32,000 bases of DNA from Candidatus Nanogingivalaceae bacterium (GCA_015257795.3 CP072208.2:510001-542000); one strand, 5' to 3'; positions 16,734-26,157 are shown, counted from the first letter of the stretch. A program made the numbers and translations. The notes: a model not told the origin generated them from the sequence alone.

Positions 16734-17252
16734 ATGGAAATTATTTTTTATTTATTACTAACACTTTTCGGCATAATTATCGCCGTTTTTCTTTTGACTG
16801 TTTTATTTGGTGCGCCATATGTCCCAACTCACAAAAAAGAACTTATTAAACTCTTTAAAGCTATCAATCTTTCTGAAAAAGATACATTGGTTGATATTGG
16901 ATCAGGCGATGGTATTGTTTTAAAAATGGCAAGTAGTTTTAATGCTCGCGCAATAGGTTTTGAGATCAACCCATTTCTTGTGCTTTTTTCAAAAGTTAGA
17001 CTTCGAAAATGTAAAAATGTTCAAATTTACCTTAAAAATTTTTGGACGGTTTTTCCTATAGAAAATATTACAGTTTTCTACACCTTTGGTCATCAGGAAA
17101 GAATTCATAAAATGCTCAATTTATCTCAAATTCAAGCTAATGCACAAAAATCGCCTCTTCTTTTTATAAGTTATGGTTTTGAAATTAAAAATTTAAAACC
17201 CTTCAAAATATCTGGAGCTCATTTTGTTTATAAAATAAGTCCTAAAAAATAA
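16734..17252 (+). CDS. membrane-anchored class I SAM-dependent methyltransferase (172 aa)
   Basis: N-terminal TM helix, GAPYVPT, then motif I LVDIGSGDGIV. The ATG lies only 7 nt after the tRNA CCA end, with no SD. Confidence 0.75.
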   Translation: MEIIFYLLLTLFGIIIAVFLLTVLFGAPYVPTHKKELIKLFKAINLSEKDTLVDIGSGDGIVLKMASSFNARAIGFEINPFLVLFSKVRLRKCKNVQIYLKNFWTVFPIENITVFYTFGHQERIHKMLNLSQIQANAQKSPLLFISYGFEIKNLKPFKISGAHFVYKISPKK

Positions 17253-17259
17253 AAAAGAC

Positions 17260-17288
17260 TTTATTTTTAAAAATAAATATGCTATAAT
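17260..17288 (+). promoter_or_regulatory. tRNA-Lys promoter (weak -35, extended -10 TGcTATAAT)
   Basis: TATAAT at 17283-17288, 9 nt before the tRNA. Confidence 0.5.
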
Positions 17289-17297
17289 ACAAGTATT

Positions 17298-17374
17298 GGG
17301 CCAGTAGCTCAGCCGGTTAGAGCACCTGCCTCTTAAGCAGGGTGTCGAGGGTTCGAGCCCCTCCTGGCCCTCCA
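17298..17374 (+). tRNA. tRNA-Lys (anticodon CTT), CCA encoded
   Basis: Acceptor GGGCCAG/CTGGCCC, anticodon stem-loop CCTGC CTCTTAA GCAGG, T-arm GAGGG TTCGAGC CCCTC. Confidence 0.9.
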
Positions 17375-17386
17375 AAAAATGAATTT

Positions 17387-17421
17387 AAAAATCGACGATT
17401 ATATCGCCGATTTTATTTTTT
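17387..17421. terminator. bidirectional terminator (tRNA-Lys / Clp-like gene)
   Basis: AATCGACGAT-TAT-ATCGCCGATT hairpin with one mismatch, followed by T-runs. Confidence 0.7.
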
Positions 17422-17426
17422 ATATT

Positions 17427-19802
17427 TTAACTTTGCTGAACAATATCCGGTGTAATCTCAATGTTTGAACCAGGCTGAGCTTCACCCGAAAGCATTTTTC
17501 GTGCAATTGTGTTCTCCACAACACGCTGAATTACCCTTCTCATTGGTCGAGCTCCCAATTTTGGATCGTAGCCCATCTCCGCAAGCATCAATCGTGCTTC
17601 AGGCGTAACTGAAACTGAAATTTTTTGCCCAGCAAGGGTTTTATTTACTCCTGCAATCATAAGATCAATAATCTGCAATAGATTTTCTTTTGTGAGTGGC
17701 TCGAAAACAACAATCTCATCAAAACGGTTCAGGAATTCAGGCCTAAATTCACGACTAGCTATCAAATCATTTACGATGACTTCTTCGGCGCTCGTAGAAT
17801 CATAACCGCGTGCAATAAGTTCTTGAATCCTTTCTGCTCCAGCGTTAGATGTAGCAATAATAATCGCATCTCTAAACGAGACTTCCCGGTTTTTCTCATC
17901 ACGCAAAATACCTTCATCCAAAACTTGCAAAAGTGCCGTCAACACATTCGGGTGCGCTTTTTCAATTTCGTCTAAAAGCACAACCGAAAAAGGTTTTTTC
18001 ATCATTTGAGCAGTTAGCGAACTCGCATCTCGCGATCCATCCGCAATCAACCGTGAAACATCATCAAGATTCACATATTCATTCAAATCAAGACGAATAA
18101 TATTATCTTCGCCATTAAAATATACTTCAGAAAGCGCTTTCGAAAGCTCAGTTTTTCCAACACCAGTTGGACCAAGGAATAAGAATGTTCCAATTGGTCG
18201 ATTCTGGTTTCGAACTCCGGTTCTTGCTCGACGCAAGGCATTTGCAACTACTGAAACAGCCTTTTCCTGTCCAACCATTCGTGCATGAAGTAGATTTTCT
18301 AGATTCAGAAGAGTTTCCTTTTCTTCATCAACGTTTGCTGTCGAAATTTTAACATTCATAGTTTGCTCAATAGCTTTTTCAACCGAGCTAGCTGTAACAA
18401 TCTTATTCTCAGCAAAACCGGCGGACATTTCCAGTAATCTAACCGCTCGACCTGGCATCTCTAAATCAAAAATATACCTTTGACTTAGTCGATAAGCTTC
18501 TTTAAGTGCTTGAAATTGATATAAAACTCCGTTTTGGTGTTCGAAAAGTAAAAGCTTGTCCTGCATAACCGCCAAAGTTTCATCATAATTGGCCGGATTT
18601 ACTTGTAGCCTATTCATTGCCTGCGCTAAGGCTGGATTTTTAGCTGAAATCTGTAAAAATCTCTGCTCGTCCATAGTTAAAATCATACGTAAAACCCCGC
18701 CTTGAATTATCGGTAGAAGCAAGTTCGAAACATCAACTGAACCAACCCCGTCTTCGAAGAATAATTGTGCATTATCAAGACAAATAATAATATTTTTAGC
18801 AGCATACGCTTCATTCAAAACATAATTTAGTAAATTCTCAATTTCACCGCGCCCAGGAGCCGCAGCAATCAACGAAGATGCATCCAATGAGATAACTTGT
18901 CTAAATTTTAGATTTGAAGGTATTTTTTCATTACCATTAGCGATTTTTGCCGCAAAAGAATTTACAACCGTCGTCTTTCCAACACCATCAACACCAATAA
19001 GAGCAATGTTTTGCTTACCTTGACCGCTAAATTGTTCAATCATCTTCGAAACCAGCTCTTTGTGCTGCTCTAGATTAGAAGACATTAAAATATTATTTGA
19101 TACCTGGTTGGTAATATTTACCCCGAAACGATTCAATGTTGGCGTATATCCGAACGACCAGTCTCTTGCGATTCCACCAGTTTTCATCGGAATCTTAGAT
19201 TTATTAATTAGCGAAAAAATATGGTCATGCCAAAGGACACCCCTCTCAAGATCTTCAAAATCAACATAAAATTGAGCTAAAAGTGTTTCATAATTTGGAA
19301 AATTTCGAACAATAGCTAAAACTAAAACTGACCCTGAAACAGTTTTAGTTTTTAATTTTTGTTGAATTTGAAGCGCAGTTTGAAAAATATTTTCTGGAGA
19401 ATTTTGCGGAATCTGAACTAGACTTTCTATTGTAGTTTTTCCAAGCCCAAACCTAGCCGCAATAAACTTTCCACCAGAACTTTCAAGAACAACTTTAGCA
19501 ATCTGTTCACTTGTTGGGTTTTTTGACAACCTGCCGAGTATATTGCTTGCCATTTGCCCTTCAATAGTGAATTCTGCCGAAGGCGCCAATCTATGCAATT
19601 CACCGTTCCACCAGTTAATCAGTATTGTTACAACCGAAACAATAGCTAAAACTATCCAGCCCAAAGCCGAATCCATAAAAATCAAAGAAAAACCACTTAT
19701 AGCGCCAACAATCTTAAGTAAATTTAAGAGGGGTAAAAACAACCTTAAAATATTCATTAAGCGTGATTTTTTTGCTCGTAAATGGTTATAATTAAAACTC
19801 AT
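17427..19802 (-). CDS. membrane-anchored Clp/Hsp100-family double-AAA+ ATPase (ClpA-like layout, degenerate D1 Walker B)
   Basis: ATG 19802 overlaps the upstream stop as ATGA, with AAGGGG SD. Two N-terminal TM helices and Clp_N-like repeats. D1 has GVDGVGKTT and IICLDNAQ (DE replaced by DN). D2 has GPTGVGKTE, VVLLDEIEKAH, ATSNAG and GARPMRR. Confidence 0.85.
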   Translation of the reverse strand: MSFNYNHLRAKKSRLMNILRLFLPLLNLLKIVGAISGFSLIFMDSALGWIVLAIVSVVTILINWWNGELHRLAPSAEFTIEGQMASNILGRLSKNPTSEQIAKVVLESSGGKFIAARFGLGKTTIESLVQIPQNSPENIFQTALQIQQKLKTKTVSGSVLVLAIVRNFPNYETLLAQFYVDFEDLERGVLWHDHIFSLINKSKIPMKTGGIARDWSFGYTPTLNRFGVNITNQVSNNILMSSNLEQHKELVSKMIEQFSGQGKQNIALIGVDGVGKTTVVNSFAAKIANGNEKIPSNLKFRQVISLDASSLIAAAPGRGEIENLLNYVLNEAYAAKNIIICLDNAQLFFEDGVGSVDVSNLLLPIIQGGVLRMILTMDEQRFLQISAKNPALAQAMNRLQVNPANYDETLAVMQDKLLLFEHQNGVLYQFQALKEAYRLSQRYIFDLEMPGRAVRLLEMSAGFAENKIVTASSVEKAIEQTMNVKISTANVDEEKETLLNLENLLHARMVGQEKAVSVVANALRRARTGVRNQNRPIGTFLFLGPTGVGKTELSKALSEVYFNGEDNIIRLDLNEYVNLDDVSRLIADGSRDASSLTAQMMKKPFSVVLLDEIEKAHPNVLTALLQVLDEGILRDEKNREVSFRDAIIIATSNAGAERIQELIARGYDSTSAEEVIVNDLIASREFRPEFLNRFDEIVVFEPLTKENLLQIIDLMIAGVNKTLAGQKISVSVTPEARLMLAEMGYDPKLGARPMRRVIQRVVENTIARKMLSGEAQPGSNIEITPDIVQQS

Positions 19803-20275
19803 AGCCAACCCCTTTTCTTTGTTTTAGCTGGTTTCACTTCTTTCTTTAAGCTACTATTTTTTTGCCAAGTCATAAAATCATCACGGATTTTTGGGACAAT
19901 TTTTGGTGTCCAGCCTGTTGTAAAAATAACAACAAGAACTAATGGTAAAACCGGTAAAACTAACCATAACAATAATAAAACCAAGCCCCATAAAGCTTTA
20001 AATGCAATAAAAAATACACCAATTATCATCACTATTGTTCTTAAAAAAGCACCAATAAACCGTGAAAAAAGCTTGTCAAAGAATTTTCGAATTCGAACTT
20101 CAAGTGAAACATTCGAAACCGCAATCGCATCAATCTGGCGAAACGGCGAAAACCAAGTTTTTACTAATAATCCAAGAGAAAAAGTATCTATTGACCGCTC
20201 AACTCCATCTAATATTTTTTCTGCACGCCAAGCTAGACCTTTTCCATACCACCAAGTTAAAAAAGACATAAACAT
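19799..20275 (-). CDS. hypothetical polytopic membrane protein (158 aa), first gene of the Clp-like operon
   Basis: ATG 20275 lies 6 nt after a TGtTATAAT -10; the GTG at 20290 in the ORF track lies inside the promoter. Hydrophobic core with a basic C-terminal tail. Confidence 0.7.
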   Translation of the reverse strand: MFMSFLTWWYGKGLAWRAEKILDGVERSIDTFSLGLLVKTWFSPFRQIDAIAVSNVSLEVRIRKFFDKLFSRFIGAFLRTIVMIIGVFFIAFKALWGLVLLLLWLVLPVLPLVLVVIFTTGWTPKIVPKIRDDFMTWQKNSSLKKEVKPAKTKKRGWL

Positions 20276-20281
20276 AATTAA

Positions 20282-20310
20282 ATTATACACTAAAATATTT
20301 TTTTTCGCAA
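20282..20310 (-). promoter_or_regulatory. promoter TTGCGA-17-TGtTATAAT; the -10 ends 6 nt before the ATG at 20275
   Basis: Read on the reverse strand. No SD. Confidence 0.65.
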
Positions 20311-20312
20311 TT

Positions 20313-20340
20313 TTGAAAAATAACTTTTTTATGGTAAAAT
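20313..20340 (+). promoter_or_regulatory. rny promoter TTGAAA-16-TGgTAAAAT
   Basis: Leader of about 55 nt with AAAGGAAAAA SD. Confidence 0.6.
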
Positions 20341-20401
20341 GGGTTTGGGCATAGTAATTGCTTTTTGATTTTTTAAATTAATTTTTGATGAAAGGAAAAA
20401 T

Positions 20402-21907
20402 ATGGATATACTGATAGCTGCGCTTGGCGTTCTGTTTGGCGGTGCTGGAGCTTTTACGTATCAAAAAATTAAATCTGCAAATGCAAAAAATAACTCCGAT
20501 AAAATTATCGCCGAGGCAAGAAAAAAGTCAGCCGAAATCCTAGAAAGAGCTAATGAAAAAGCATTAAGAATTACCGAAAAAGCTAACGAAGATGAATCTG
20601 AACGACGCAAGGAAATTCGAAAAACCGAAAATCGTTTGGCTGAGCGCGAAGAATCACTCGATCGAAAGCTTGATCAGATTGATTCTCGCAATGAAAAGCT
20701 TCGAAATGATGAAATGGAAGTTGAAAAACTTAAAAATGAAGTTAAGGAAATTCGAAAAAAACAGCATGAAAAACTCGAGAAAATTGCTAAACTTTCGAAA
20801 AAAGAAGCTGCCGAGAAAATCCTTAAACTTACCGAAAAAAGCGTAACTCAAGATATGATAAACCTAGTTGCAAAACTTCAAAAAAATGCAACTGAAGATG
20901 CCGAGGAACGCGCTCAAACAATTTTAGTTTCAGCTATGGAAAGAATTTCTAGCGAAGTTACAGCCGAAAGAACCGTCACTGCTCTTAAGCTCCCAGACGA
21001 CGAGATGAAAGGCAGAATTATCGGAAAAGAAGGTCGCAATATTCAAGCCCTTCAGCGCGAAACTGGCGTAGATATCCTCGTTGACGACACTCCTGGAATG
21101 GTTGTTTTATCAAGTTTCGACCCTGTCCGCCGCCAAATTGCTAGACTTGCGCTTGAATTGTTAATGAAAGACGGCCGAATTAACCCTGCACGAATCGAGG
21201 AAGTTGTAGAAAAAGCAGAGCGCGAAATTAATAAAGAAATCAATCGTGCCGGTGAAGATGCTGCACGAGAAGTTGGGCTTTCTGGCTTACCTCGTGAAAT
21301 GTTACGGCTTTTGGGTGAACTAAAATTTCGAACAAGCTATGGCCAAAATGTTCTTAAACATTCAACCGAAATGGCTAATGTTGCTGGACTCATCGCTGAA
21401 GAGATTGGTGCAAATGTAACAATCGCCAAAACTGCCGCACTATTCCACGATATTGGAAAAGCTGTAACTCATAAAATTGAAGGAAAACACGCCCAAATCG
21501 GTGCTGAACTTGCTGAAAAATACGGCATGGATCCACGCGTAGTTAATGCCATAGCTGCGCATCACGAAGATGTTGAAGCTACTACGGTCGAAGCAATTAT
21601 AGTTAAAATAACTGACGCAATGAGTGCTTCTCGACCAGGAACAAGAAATGCTTCTGCTGAAAACTTTGTAGAACGAATGCGCGAACTTGAAAATGTTGCT
21701 ACAAGTTTCAAAGGTATAAACAAAGCTTACGCAATCTCAGCTGGTCGCGAGATTCGAGTAATTGTTTCTCCTGAAGCCGTTGACGATCTTTCAGCAATTA
21801 AAATGGCTCGAGATATTGCCGATAAAATTGAAAGCACAATGCAATATCCTGGCGTAATTAAAGTTAATATTATACGAGAAACTCGAGCAATCGAATACGC
21901 AAAATAA
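20402..21907 (+). CDS. rny: ribonuclease Y
   Basis: 501 aa. N-terminal TM helix, long charged coiled coil, KH domain (GRIIGKEGRNIQ), HD domain (LFHDIGK...AAHHED). Confidence 0.95.
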   Translation: MDILIAALGVLFGGAGAFTYQKIKSANAKNNSDKIIAEARKKSAEILERANEKALRITEKANEDESERRKEIRKTENRLAEREESLDRKLDQIDSRNEKLRNDEMEVEKLKNEVKEIRKKQHEKLEKIAKLSKKEAAEKILKLTEKSVTQDMINLVAKLQKNATEDAEERAQTILVSAMERISSEVTAERTVTALKLPDDEMKGRIIGKEGRNIQALQRETGVDILVDDTPGMVVLSSFDPVRRQIARLALELLMKDGRINPARIEEVVEKAEREINKEINRAGEDAAREVGLSGLPREMLRLLGELKFRTSYGQNVLKHSTEMANVAGLIAEEIGANVTIAKTAALFHDIGKAVTHKIEGKHAQIGAELAEKYGMDPRVVNAIAAHHEDVEATTVEAIIVKITDAMSASRPGTRNASAENFVERMRELENVATSFKGINKAYAISAGREIRVIVSPEAVDDLSAIKMARDIADKIESTMQYPGVIKVNIIRETRAIEYAK

Positions 21908-21918
21908 CTTAAACCAAA

Positions 21919-21946
21919 TAAAATAGCCTTTCGAAAGGCTATTTTA
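21919..21946. terminator. bidirectional terminator (rny / PilX-like operon)
   Basis: Palindrome AATAGCCTTTCGAAAGGCTATT flanked by an A-run and a T-run. Confidence 0.8.
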
Positions 21947-21948
21947 TA

Positions 21949-23178
21949 TTACTGGTTTTTACAGTTAACGTTCGAATTACTCAATCTTGTTACTGAAAAG
22001 TCTTTACAAATAGGTTCTTTTTCGTTTTTAGTTTGCGCTGAGAACAAAGGAACCGGAAAGCTAGTATCGTTAAATCCAATCCTACTCTCCACGCGCCTTA
22101 ACTGTGTGTTAGCACGACCAGTTGAATCAACTTTTGGCTGAACACCAGCAAAATCAACAACATTATCACCATTTAACAATTCAACTTCAAAGTTCGAATC
22201 ATTCATTAAAGGCGTTAGGCGCAAATATAGAACATCACGAGGATCGACACTTCGGCCAATATTTACCGTCGTTTGGCAAGCATATGTATTAGAATTCGCA
22301 TCCATTCTATCCGAACACCTTGTAAAAGTGTAGTCGGTAGTTGCATCTGAAGAAGAGTCATTTCTTCGAACCCTTGGCATATTTGGTGCATCTGGACTTA
22401 ATAAGCTACTACTATTACTGTTTACTGGATAAAAAAGCATTTCACTTGCACCGTTTTTATCATCTGGGTATGGCGTATCCATAATTGAAGACGACCTTTC
22501 AACGCCTGGAATATAACCATAGAATTGAGCTTTCAAAATAGCAGGTCGGTTTTGGTTGCGCCAGTTTCGTGAATCAATCCTTGGGCGTACCGATGGATTA
22601 CTTAATGAGTCTAATGCGATATTATTGCCATTTGTCATATTTTCTCTTGAATGCCATCGAATACGCACACGATTGAATGCTGTAGTACCCCTAAGATTAA
22701 TCACCGAAGGCGAACCGTCATTAGTTCTTCCTAGAAAATCAGCAGTATTCATTCTTAATTTTACACATGTATACGCCTGGTTTAAACTTGCATCGTTACT
22801 TGCTCCACCGGCTCCAGAGGTTGTTTGAATAATTGTTTCACTGTTAGCATTTCCAATTCCTGCTGTAGCTAAAACATAGCAACTATCACTCCGGATTGCA
22901 TCTCTCATAGCATTACAATCATAGTGCCCCCCTTCAAAATCACCTGTTCCAGATGGCCCACAGGCCGATCGGAAGATTCGCAAAAACCTTTTCGCGTCTT
23001 CAACGCCAGCCTGCGCACTATCGTAAGCACTCTGTGAAAGATCCAACTTACTAGCTTGTTCTTGATCTCGAAACATAAGCCTAAGGAAGCTTGCCGACAT
23101 AATCGAAACCAAAACACCAACAACAATAACGATAAATATCGAAACGCCACCTTTTTTAAAATTCTTATTACTCTTCAT
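21949..23178 (-). CDS. PilX/GspK-like pseudopilin-type protein (PilX N-terminal-like helix, no Glu5), 409 aa
   Basis: N-terminus KKGGVSIFIVIVVGVLVSIMSASFLRL...QSAYDSAQAGVEDA resembles the PilX_N family. 8 Cys. C-terminal GRANTQLRRVESRIGF. AAGGAG SD. Confidence 0.65.
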   Translation of the reverse strand: MKSNKNFKKGGVSIFIVIVVGVLVSIMSASFLRLMFRDQEQASKLDLSQSAYDSAQAGVEDAKRFLRIFRSACGPSGTGDFEGGHYDCNAMRDAIRSDSCYVLATAGIGNANSETIIQTTSGAGGASNDASLNQAYTCVKLRMNTADFLGRTNDGSPSVINLRGTTAFNRVRIRWHSRENMTNGNNIALDSLSNPSVRPRIDSRNWRNQNRPAILKAQFYGYIPGVERSSSIMDTPYPDDKNGASEMLFYPVNSNSSSLLSPDAPNMPRVRRNDSSSDATTDYTFTRCSDRMDANSNTYACQTTVNIGRSVDPRDVLYLRLTPLMNDSNFEVELLNGDNVVDFAGVQPKVDSTGRANTQLRRVESRIGFNDTSFPVPLFSAQTKNEKEPICKDFSVTRLSNSNVNCKNQ

Positions 23179-23187
23179 TGTTTCTCC

Positions 23188-25683
23188 TTAATATCGTACC
23201 GGAAGTTCCTTGGTATAAGTTGTTACGATCTTTCCTTGGCCACCAGATTGTGCTTGTCCCCACAAATAAGTATCTGCAGATTGTTTGATAATTTCTGCCG
23301 GCTCCGAAAGAGAACTGGCAGTTTTTCCATCAGAACCATGCGTTCGCCACAATTTGAGCGTATTAGAAAGTGTTCCACCCCGAATCTGCAACTGCTCGTT
23401 ACAATTTCCTGTTGTAACATTTTGTATATTTTGAAGACCATTTACAGCACAAGTGTTGATAGTTCCCTTAGCAATCAACCAAGCATCGATTCTTTTCACA
23501 TTTTGATCAATAGTGATATTTCCATCTGCAATAATTATTATCTGTCTAAAATCACTATCGCTATTTACGGTCCTATCATCATTGGTAATATCACTAATAA
23601 TCCGAAGGTTCTTACCATAAATAACCTTAGTTGTTCTGTCTGCACTAAAACCACCTATTTGCTCTGTATCATCATAAACATTAACTGTCATTTCTGAATT
23701 ATTTGTATTTTGTCGAGGAAATTTAGATGCAATCGAACTAATAACCGAATCAATACTTGGAGCTCCTTGTCCAAAATTACCTATTGAAGTATAGTTTTCA
23801 ATAGCTAATCGACGTGTGCTTTGTGAAGATTCTGTGCGGAAATTTCGAATATTTCCACCTGTTATAGCTTCATACTCAACCCAAGAACCTAATACTCCTT
23901 CTTTTGTTGGAGATAAGCTAGTTCTAATACCTGCGCGAGAAAATACACCATTTCCCCAGAACTGAACTTTTGGCTTTTTTACAACCTTAATACAGATTGG
24001 CGCACTGTGCCTCCACTGATTATTGTTTGCTTCTTGATCAGCCTTACTTTGTGTATCGCTCATCTTATATGGTGAAATTGAAAGCGCCACACAATACCTT
24101 GTTCCAGCTTCAGCTCCTTCTTCAATTTCAGGAATAAAGTCCGCAATTCTTGTATTTCTATCATACGATCTTCCAGAGCTATCTTCTCTAACAACTCTAC
24201 AATTTTCTAACACCTGATAAACTTCTGAGTAGAAATTGTTTGCAGCACAAGTATCACCGTTTTCGTTATCTCGCCTATTATTTACGGTTACGCGACCTTC
24301 CCTGGCAGCAGGAACGCGCCAAGTTGTAATTTTGTATCTTATCGGAGAAGTTCCCGTTCCGTTGTCAGGCACTTCAATTTCTTCACCATTATTTGGATCT
24401 GGTGGAATTCTACCATCGGTTGGCACATCAATATCACCACCCGAACAGTTTTTAATTTTATCTATCTTCACACAAGGAGTAACATCAAAATTATATGGAA
24501 CATATACACAAGCTTCATTTGTTCTTTGATTAAATCTGTTACGGTTGTCTGTACCTCCGGGCTGAGACTCAATACTGTACGCCATACTTGAACAAATAGT
24601 TTTTCCAGCCATTTGTTTGGTAACTTTAAATATTTCACCATTTTCATTTGTACTGTTAACCGTATCTGTTAAAAGACCTTGGTTAATTAAAGTTTTACGA
24701 GATTCATAGCCATATCTTCGCCAAATAAATCCACCATGATTACTAATAGTTGTATCACCACTACCATTATTTCTAAATGTAGTATAAGATCCAAAACCTT
24801 GAACATCAGGCTTGTTGAAATCTTTACCGATTACAGTATGTTTAAACGAAACCCACTGGCCAACTTTTGCAGTTTGTGGATTGTTTCGACCATTGCTTTT
24901 AAATCTTGTATCATCAGATCTAATGCTTTGGCTCGAATTCAATACCGCAGCCTTGGTGCTTGACTCAACATTGAACTTAATTGGTGCGCTAATACGGATG
25001 CTTATATCGCGACTATAGCAGTTTCCAGGATTAGTAATAGGATTATCAACATACTCATACGGGTCTTTATCGGCGGGGTAAGGTGGCACGCGCTCTCCCG
25101 ACTCTGCCTTAGCGCATTGGTGGAGAGAAAATGTAAGAAAATCACCATCTTTAAACTTATTAATAGCTTCTGACTTAACAATTACCGTTATGACGCCAGT
25201 ACGTTTTAATTCCCCTGGTTGAGCACCATAGCTATGGGAAGCTCCTTGCCCAGCCTCGCCTTTTGCTTTGCCAGGAGAAGTGATAAGATATTTAGCATCA
25301 TGACGGCCCGCATTAATCCTAACATTAACTGCAGAGCCTGATTGATATGTATTCTTACAAGGTAAAACAGCAGTGTTTATATAAAAAACCCTCTTATCCT
25401 CACTAAGCTCAAAGTTCTTCTTTTCATAAATGGCGTTAATGTTTTTATCGCCATTTTCATCAGAAGAGATCCAGTTTGCCGTTGCAATATAATTATCACC
25501 ACCATATTTCTCGAAAAATGTCGTGCCTCCACCGTAAAGAACCTCATACATTGTAAATTTTCTACACGCATCTCGCAACTGTCTTTGCACAACTCCAGGT
25601 ACGTCTGCACTTGCGCCTTTAGAAAAAGATATAACGCCAAATAGGGCTAGCGCTATAGCTAAAAAGATTTTTTTACTATCCAT
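23188..25683 (-). CDS. large secreted protein of unknown function (831 aa) with repeated Cys-bracketed modules
   Basis: ATG 25683 is preceded by GAGGA at 8-nt spacing and overlaps the upstream stop by 8 nt. Signal peptide KKIFLAIALALFGVISFSKGASA. 14 Cys by my count. No catalytic motif recognised. Confidence 0.75.
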   Translation of the reverse strand: MDSKKIFLAIALALFGVISFSKGASADVPGVVQRQLRDACRKFTMYEVLYGGGTTFFEKYGGDNYIATANWISSDENGDKNINAIYEKKNFELSEDKRVFYINTAVLPCKNTYQSGSAVNVRINAGRHDAKYLITSPGKAKGEAGQGASHSYGAQPGELKRTGVITVIVKSEAINKFKDGDFLTFSLHQCAKAESGERVPPYPADKDPYEYVDNPITNPGNCYSRDISIRISAPIKFNVESSTKAAVLNSSQSIRSDDTRFKSNGRNNPQTAKVGQWVSFKHTVIGKDFNKPDVQGFGSYTTFRNNGSGDTTISNHGGFIWRRYGYESRKTLINQGLLTDTVNSTNENGEIFKVTKQMAGKTICSSMAYSIESQPGGTDNRNRFNQRTNEACVYVPYNFDVTPCVKIDKIKNCSGGDIDVPTDGRIPPDPNNGEEIEVPDNGTGTSPIRYKITTWRVPAAREGRVTVNNRRDNENGDTCAANNFYSEVYQVLENCRVVREDSSGRSYDRNTRIADFIPEIEEGAEAGTRYCVALSISPYKMSDTQSKADQEANNNQWRHSAPICIKVVKKPKVQFWGNGVFSRAGIRTSLSPTKEGVLGSWVEYEAITGGNIRNFRTESSQSTRRLAIENYTSIGNFGQGAPSIDSVISSIASKFPRQNTNNSEMTVNVYDDTEQIGGFSADRTTKVIYGKNLRIISDITNDDRTVNSDSDFRQIIIIADGNITIDQNVKRIDAWLIAKGTINTCAVNGLQNIQNVTTGNCNEQLQIRGGTLSNTLKLWRTHGSDGKTASSLSEPAEIIKQSADTYLWGQAQSGGQGKIVTTYTKELPVRY

Positions 25684-26107
25684 TAATAGCATCCTCTACG
25701 CTATTAATTTGAACCCCAGAAGGGTCCATTCTATATATATTGCGTATATTTTCAATTTTAAGACTTGGGCTTTGGCCTTTTTCTACCAATTCTTTTAGAG
25801 TTTTATATGTTTCTTCTTGATTTTTTGTACCAATCGAGAACCTTATCGCTACACAGTTAGCATCTTTCTCGTTTCCCGACATTTTTGCAATTTCTTCACC
25901 CAAAGCTTTTGAGTTTTTCTCATATGCATCTTTTGGCCCTTTTATATTGTTGTATTTATCGATAATTTTATCATCACAAACTGTTCCAACAGAGCTCTTT
26001 ACTTTAGTTATATCGTTGTTGTATCTAACAAACTGAAAAATGTTTGCTCCCAAACTTAAAATAGCAATAGTTAAAACTAAGCCAAGCGTTATTTTATGCC
26101 TCTTCAT
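25676..26107 (-). CDS. small N-terminally anchored extracytoplasmic protein (143 aa), first gene of the operon
   Basis: ATG 26107 (MKRHKITLGLVLTIAILSLG...) follows GGAAGGA. 2 Cys. Confidence 0.7.
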   Translation of the reverse strand: MKRHKITLGLVLTIAILSLGANIFQFVRYNNDITKVKSSVGTVCDDKIIDKYNNIKGPKDAYEKNSKALGEEIAKMSGNEKDANCVAIRFSIGTKNQEETYKTLKELVEKGQSPSLKIENIRNIYRMDPSGVQINSVEDAING

Positions 26108-26157
26108 TTTATAATTTCCTTCCACCTTTATAAAAAAATATAGTTTTCCTAAGCCCC

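Noticed and set aside
15283-17400. Integrated mobile element or prophage remnant at the tRNA cluster
   Set aside because: There is no integrase, recombinase or transposase. I noticed no direct repeats duplicating a tRNA 3' end, and no phage-like genes.
19782-20354. 190-aa plus-strand ORF antisense to the Clp-operon membrane gene
   Set aside because: It is antisense to a gene with a clear promoter, hydrophobic periodicity and ATGA coupling. The plus-strand product is low-complexity, and the rny promoter lies inside it.
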